Both the position numbers and the translations under genes were made by a program. A stretch of DNA of 9,750 nt from a virus (Duplodnaviria > Heunggongvirae > Uroviricota > Caudoviricetes): IMG/VR virus record IMGVR_UViG_2579778631_000016; one strand, 5' to 3'. Position 1 is the first letter of the stretch. Every line of letters starts with the position of its first letter. The notes beneath the pieces were generated by a model that did not search any database, was not told the DNA's origin, and worked only from the letters and a program-made list of their open reading frames with translations. Of the stretch, positions 6,323-9,750 are shown piece by piece.

Positions 6323-6618
6323 TTTTTACCCCTGAATACGTTAAGCATCTTTTTTATTTCCTGAATATTGGCGCGTGCTTTCTCCCTGCTGGTTGGAACG
6401 TTACGCGGTACAGCCTGCACCAGAGAAAAATCACGGTCGAACTGATAAACAGGCATCACGCAATCATATTCGTAGCCTTCACGACGGTAGGTTACGCGCC
6501 GTTCCTCCACGCCCTTAATCATTACCGTGCCGCCGTACTGGTCGCGGTAAATATCACCGCGCATGAATTTAGTGCGAGTTTTGCCACTGGCAGTTAAGCC
6601 AGAATATTTAAGTTTCAT
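6319..6618 (-). CDS. hypothetical protein, 99 aa
   Basis: Translationally coupled to the primase gene; family not recognised. Confidence 0.6.
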   Translation of the reverse strand: MKLKYSGLTASGKTRTKFMRGDIYRDQYGGTVMIKGVEERRVTYRREGYEYDCVMPVYQFDRDFSLVQAVPRNVPTSREKARANIQEIKKMLNVFRGKK

Positions 6619-6623
6619 TATTT

Positions 6624-6851
6624 TTATTCTCCGGTATGGGGCGAGTTATTATTCTCGTGAATTGCCATCACTGTATTTAATTCATTAATAACAGGCGTTA
6701 ATAGCGTACGCACGGCAGAAAACATCATTGAATCAGATTCATCGCCACTTTCCGGCACATCAATTAACTTAAGTAGTAATGCGTCCATTTCCTTTGCGCG
6801 GATTAATGCGTTTTCAGAATGAACAAGAACATCAAAGGGTATTTTATGCAT
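6624..6851 (-). CDS. hypothetical protein, 75 aa
   Basis: ATG at 6849-6851 overlaps the stop of the upstream 67-aa ORF (ATGCATAA); acidic, no family recognised. Confidence 0.55.
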   Translation of the reverse strand: MHKIPFDVLVHSENALIRAKEMDALLLKLIDVPESGDESDSMMFSAVRTLLTPVINELNTVMAIHENNNSPHTGE

Positions 6852-7047
6852 GACTCACCCCCTGGCGAATACGGGCAGCGAATACCATCACGCAGCCATC
6901 AGGAGATTGCTGACGCGCTTCCTGTTCGCTGGTGGCCTCAATGGTAATCACGCGCGGTTGTGCCGTGCTCAGGGCGATAAAACGCCAGATGTATTTATTC
7001 AGGTTGTGCGAGTCCCGCCCTTTCGGGTGTGTGGTATGATTTAACAT
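6844..7047 (-). CDS. hypothetical protein, 67 aa, first gene of leftward replication operon
   Basis: Internal ATG at 7045-7047 of the long 6844..7791(-) ORF, preceded by GAGGTAG at good spacing. The remainder of the 315-aa ORF is judged spurious. Confidence 0.5.
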   Translation of the reverse strand: MLNHTTHPKGRDSHNLNKYIWRFIALSTAQPRVITIEATSEQEARQQSPDGCVMVFAARIRQGVSHA

Positions 7048-7141
7048 AGCTACCTCGATACTCTTTCTATCGTTGGTGGTTAGAAGCCCGTTGGTGTTGG
7101 TAGCACCTGCGGGCTTTGTCTTTTCATCGATTACCTCAACA

Positions 7142-7225
7142 AAGGTGTCAGCCACTATACTAGTAACAGGTGTCAGCCACGTCAATAGTGTTTTTCCATT
7201 TTCTTGTGTGTATACTGTCAGCCAC
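7142..7225 (+). promoter_or_regulatory. three direct repeats of TGTCAGCCAC in the divergent promoter region (putative operator)
   Basis: aaaggtgtcagccac (7142-7155), acaggtgtcagccac (7166-7180) and tactgtcagccac (7213-7225). TATACT hexamers at 7156-7161 and 7211-7216 abut the repeats. Located just upstream of the RHH gene start at 7247. Confidence 0.5.
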
Positions 7226-7246
7226 CTAATAACAAGGAAATCAGAT

Positions 7247-7426
7247 ATGGCAACGAAAGCAGTTAATGGAAAATCCAAAAAACTTGAGGCACGAGTCCCC
7301 CATGCAATAGCTGACGCTGTAGAAAATTTAAAGGAAGAAGGCGAAAGCACTGGGCAATTTATCGTTTCGGCACTTGAAGGCGAGATCAAACGCCGCCAGC
7401 GCCGCAAGGCCAAAGAACCAGAGTAA
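7247..7426 (+). CDS. ribbon-helix-helix (Arc/CopG-like) DNA-binding protein, 59 aa
   Basis: ATG at 7247 with an AAGGAAA Shine-Dalgarno. KKLEARVPHAIADAVENLKEEGESTGQFIVSALEGEI fits a beta-strand / helix / loop / helix RHH pattern, and the basic tail is RRQRRKAK. The long N-terminal extension in the ORF track was rejected. Confidence 0.65.
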   Translation: MATKAVNGKSKKLEARVPHAIADAVENLKEEGESTGQFIVSALEGEIKRRQRRKAKEPE

Positions 7427-7483
7427 TCACCATCAGCGCCGTGGTGTAAGGTATTACGGCGCATTGCTATGCAGGACAACACA

Positions 7484-7657
7484 ATGACCGATAAAGAATT
7501 GACCAAAACATTATCACCGGCACGGAAAAGACGGCGCAGAAAGATAGAGCATGAATCAGAAAGATTCGCGCCATGTGCTTTTGCCCTTGAGCAATTCCTT
7601 AAAGAGTACAGGGAAAAGCGCTCATTGCAGGTATGGCAACGAACTGAACCAGACTGA
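7484..7657 (+). CDS. hypothetical small basic protein, about 57 aa
   Basis: Second ATG (7484) has an AGGA Shine-Dalgarno whereas the first (7469) does not. Contains ARKRRRRK. Followed by a terminator. Start is uncertain. Confidence 0.4.
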   Translation: MTDKELTKTLSPARKRRRRKIEHESERFAPCAFALEQFLKEYREKRSLQVWQRTEPD

Positions 7658-7752
7658 TTGCATTGCCCACCAGCCTGATAGCGGCTATCATCCCCGTGCT
7701 TATGTTTGGGATCATATACACATAAGGCGCAGCGGGTTAATTGTTCAGAAAG

Positions 7753-7779
7753 GCGGCTCCATATCGGGGCCGCTTTTTT
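7753..7779 (+). terminator. rho-independent terminator
   Basis: gcggctcc-atatc-ggggccgc followed by TTTTTT (7774-7779); lies between the convergent RHH operon and alpA. Confidence 0.55.
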
Positions 7780-7805
7780 CGTGTTTGTCATATCTGTGAT
7801 ACCCG

Positions 7806-8012
7806 TTAAGCAGCCGTTCCGCGTGCTTCCTGTTCGCGTTCTTTCTGCCAGGCCAACACATCATCCTCATACCATCCGCGACGGCGTAAACCAACGCGAA
7901 AACCCTGCGGAAATTCTCCGGCGTTGATCATGCTTTGCAGCGTGCTGTCTGCCTTGATGTGGATAATTTTTTTTACTTCCTGGCGAAAGATAATTTTTCT
8001 GATTGCTTCCAT
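7806..8012 (-). CDS. alpA: AlpA-family phage transcriptional regulator / excisionase-like protein, 68 aa
   Basis: KADSTLQSMINAGEFPQGFRVGLRRRGWYEDDVLAWQ matches the AlpA-family HTH pattern (...TIYRLIxxGxFPKPxKLGxRxxxWxExEVxxW). AAGGTAA Shine-Dalgarno; sits beside a P4-type integrase as in CP4-57. Confidence 0.8.
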   Translation of the reverse strand: MEAIRKIIFRQEVKKIIHIKADSTLQSMINAGEFPQGFRVGLRRRGWYEDDVLAWQKEREQEARGTAA

Positions 8013-8088
8013 CGTGATTTACCTTGTGAATCCGGTGTATTCCGGTGACAAATACGGTAAATCATCGGATATGGGTAAAAACAGTTCC

Positions 8089-8119
8089 CACCGTTTTTAA
8101 ACGGTATACACCGTTTTTT
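8089..8119. promoter_or_regulatory. dyad ACCGTTT-tt-AAACGGT plus a second ACCGTTTTTT copy upstream of alpA
   Basis: caccgttttt at 8089-8098 and 8109-8118, with the palindrome ACCGTTTTTAAACGGT at 8090-8105, in the alpA 5' region. Candidate regulator binding site. Confidence 0.3.
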
Positions 8120-8145
8120 ATATTGATGATTTGAAATGGAATTAT

Positions 8146-8168
8146 AAAAAAAGCGGCATTTCTGCCGC
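8146..8168 (-). terminator. rho-independent terminator after the 83-aa ORF
   Basis: gcggca-tttc-tgccgc followed on the minus strand by a 7-nt U tract (A tract 8146-8152 on +). Confidence 0.5.
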
Positions 8169-8179
8169 TTCCAGGATTG

Positions 8180-8431
8180 TTACCGCCATTTTTTGGGCCT
8201 GCCTCCGATCTTCATAGATGCCGGACGTACGACCTTATCAATACTTACCGCCAGATTTCTGGAAGCGCCACGGGATACCAGAAAATCTACTACCTGTTTT
8301 TTTGATGGGGCCGTCGTTCTGTCCTCCGGATCGTAGGTTGACCAAAATTCATGCTGAACCATCAGGGCCAGTTGCAGCCCGTCGCAATTGCATCTGATAT
8401 TTTTTTGCATCTTAACGGTTTCATGTTTCAC
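8180..8431 (-). CDS. hypothetical protein, about 76-83 aa, between int and alpA
   Basis: ORF with a GTG at 8429-8431 or an ATG at 8408-8410; both have weak ribosome-binding sites. Followed by a terminator. No family recognised. Confidence 0.4.
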   Translation of the reverse strand: MKHETVKMQKNIRCNCDGLQLALMVQHEFWSTYDPEDRTTAPSKKQVVDFLVSRGASRNLAVSIDKVVRPASMKIGGRPKKWR

Positions 8432-8508
8432 GGCCTTGTCGTTAAATTTGATGCAATTATACGACGGTTTTACATGGTTTTCGTAGTTTTTACTGGTTTT
8501 CTGTACAG

Positions 8509-9750
8509 CTACACGGCTCGGATACCCCTTTTACCACTGGCGAGGGTTACGCCCGTCGCCGCAGCCTCGACAAATTCGCCCCACCAGCGCATCAGCACGA
8601 TGCGTTTTTCTATGTAGTTGCTCCGGTTGTATGCCCGTCTAACTTCGTTGGTGTCGACGTGGGCAAGTGCCGCCTCTATTACGTCCGGCTCGAATCCTTC
8701 CTCGTTCGCTGCTGTGCTGAATATGGCGCGTAATCCATGAGACACCAGCACGCCAGCGAATCCCATACGCCGCAATGCTGCGTTAGCTGTCTGGCTGTTC
8801 ATCGGCTGCTGTGGGTCTTTCAGACTTGGGAAAACGTAATTGCGGTGGTGGCTGATTGGTTTCATGGCCTCCAGCACCGCCATAGCCTGACCGGAAAGCG
8901 GGATAACGTGATCCCTGCGCATCTTCATGCGTCCGGCAGGTATCGTCCATTGCTTCGCGTCCAGGTTGATTTCATCCCACCGCGTTGATGACGCTTCGGC
9001 GGGACGGGTTACGGTCAGTAACTGCCATTCAATCAGTAATCTGGTCTGCCGTTCTGTTGCCGATACTGATAAAGCCTGCATAAGCTCCGGCAGCTGTTCG
9101 GGGCGGATTGTTGGCATATGTTTTTTTACAGGTGAGGGAAACGCCTTACGCACATTCATAGCCGGATTGGCATCAATCAGCCCACTGTTGGCGGCGTAAT
9201 CCATTACCTCATTAACGCGCTGTAAAACCCGCTTGAGTGTTTCCAGGTTGCCGCGCTCCTTGATGGGGGTAAGCACTTCAACGAACCTTCGGGCGGTGAG
9301 GGTATCTATTGGCGTGTTGCCGATGAACGGGAATACATATTTATCCAGCGAACGCCAGATGTCTTTAATCGTGTTGGGGGCCAGATTCTGGCTGATTTTC
9401 ACCTGGTACCATGCCGCCGCCACATTTTCGAACGTGTTCCCTTGTCTTCGGGCCTCTGTCTCTCTTTTTTGCCTCTCGTGGTCCTGCGGGTCAGTTCCGG
9501 CACTGATTAACGTCCTGTACTCGCTACGGCGTTTTCTGGCATCAGCCAGGGAAACATCTTCAAGCGATCCAAAACTCAGCAATATTCTTTTTTTGTCCGA
9601 TGGTCGGTAGTAGGAAAATCTCCAGAGTTTTGATCCAGACGGTTTGACCAGGAGAAAAAGCCCTCCGCCGTCCTGCAGGGTGTACTCCTTTTGCGCTGGT
9701 CTGGCTGCTTTGATCTGCACTGTGGTTAATGGGTGTGTTTTTCTCGCCAT
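8509..9750 (-). CDS. int: tyrosine integrase, P4 / CP4-57 IntA type, 413 aa
   Basis: N-terminus MARKTHPLTTVQIKAARP...GGGLFLLVKPSGSKLWRFSYYRP is typical of P4-like integrases. The C-terminal catalytic region has HGLRAIFST and AYNRSNYIEKR, the tyrosine motif. ATG sits at the window edge (9748-9750). Confidence 0.95.
   Translation of the reverse strand: MARKTHPLTTVQIKAARPAQKEYTLQDGGGLFLLVKPSGSKLWRFSYYRPSDKKRILLSFGSLEDVSLADARKRRSEYRTLISAGTDPQDHERQKRETEARRQGNTFENVAAAWYQVKISQNLAPNTIKDIWRSLDKYVFPFIGNTPIDTLTARRFVEVLTPIKERGNLETLKRVLQRVNEVMDYAANSGLIDANPAMNVRKAFPSPVKKHMPTIRPEQLPELMQALSVSATERQTRLLIEWQLLTVTRPAEASSTRWDEINLDAKQWTIPAGRMKMRRDHVIPLSGQAMAVLEAMKPISHHRNYVFPSLKDPQQPMNSQTANAALRRMGFAGVLVSHGLRAIFSTAANEEGFEPDVIEAALAHVDTNEVRRAYNRSNYIEKRIVLMRWWGEFVEAAATGVTLASGKRGIRAV

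Noticed and set aside
4773-6364. Plus-strand ORFs (241 aa, 113 aa, 184 aa and others) inside the primase gene
   Set aside because: They are antisense to a well-supported primase/helicase CDS, with biased low-complexity translations and no ribosome-binding sites; typical shadow ORFs.
7073-7246. N-terminal extension of the RHH ORF
   Set aside because: The extension covers the operator repeats and promoter hexamers; the ATG at 7247 has a strong Shine-Dalgarno and gives a compact RHH protein.
6844-7791. 315-aa minus-strand ORF spanning the divergent control region
   Set aside because: It overlaps the RHH and small basic genes on the opposite strand, the operator repeats and a terminator, and its translation is low-complexity (S/T/L/R-rich). 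Only its last 67 codons, from an internal ATG with a good ribosome-binding site at 7047, are kept as a gene.
1-9750. Dedicated anti-phage defence or toxin-antitoxin cassette
   Set aside because: No ORF shows recognisable nuclease, ATPase (other than the primase/helicase), methyltransferase, reverse transcriptase or toxin motifs; the small unknown ORFs are positioned as regulatory or replication accessories, so a defence call would be unsupported.

Overview
This window reads as an enterobacterial integrative phage-satellite / PICI-like island, coded almost entirely on the minus strand. All calls come from reading the sequence and recalling protein families and the phage lambda ends from memory; no search or alignment was run. 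Right to left it contains: a P4/CP4-57-type tyrosine integrase (8509-9750), a small ORF, an AlpA-family regulator (7806-8012), a divergent regulatory region with three TGTCAGCCAC direct repeats and a rightward ribbon-helix-helix gene, a translationally coupled leftward operon of three small ORFs plus a P4-family primase/SF3-helicase (4574-6322), an iteron-type origin (4333-4560), a small ORF and an SSB. The unexpected part is a lambda-type head and packaging module: a small ORF, a gpE-family major capsid protein, a gpD-like decoration protein, a 137-aa ORF, and then a Nu1-like small terminase bracketed by two convergent, near-canonical lambda-type cos sites (313-392 on +, 1058-1133 on -). A third degenerate cos-like relic sits at 3520-3597. 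No terminase large subunit, portal or protease gene is present in the window. The strongest lead is therefore a satellite that supplies its own lambda-like capsid shell and packaging specificity while presumably borrowing the rest from a lambdoid helper. No rRNA, tRNA, CRISPR array or recognisable defence enzyme was seen.
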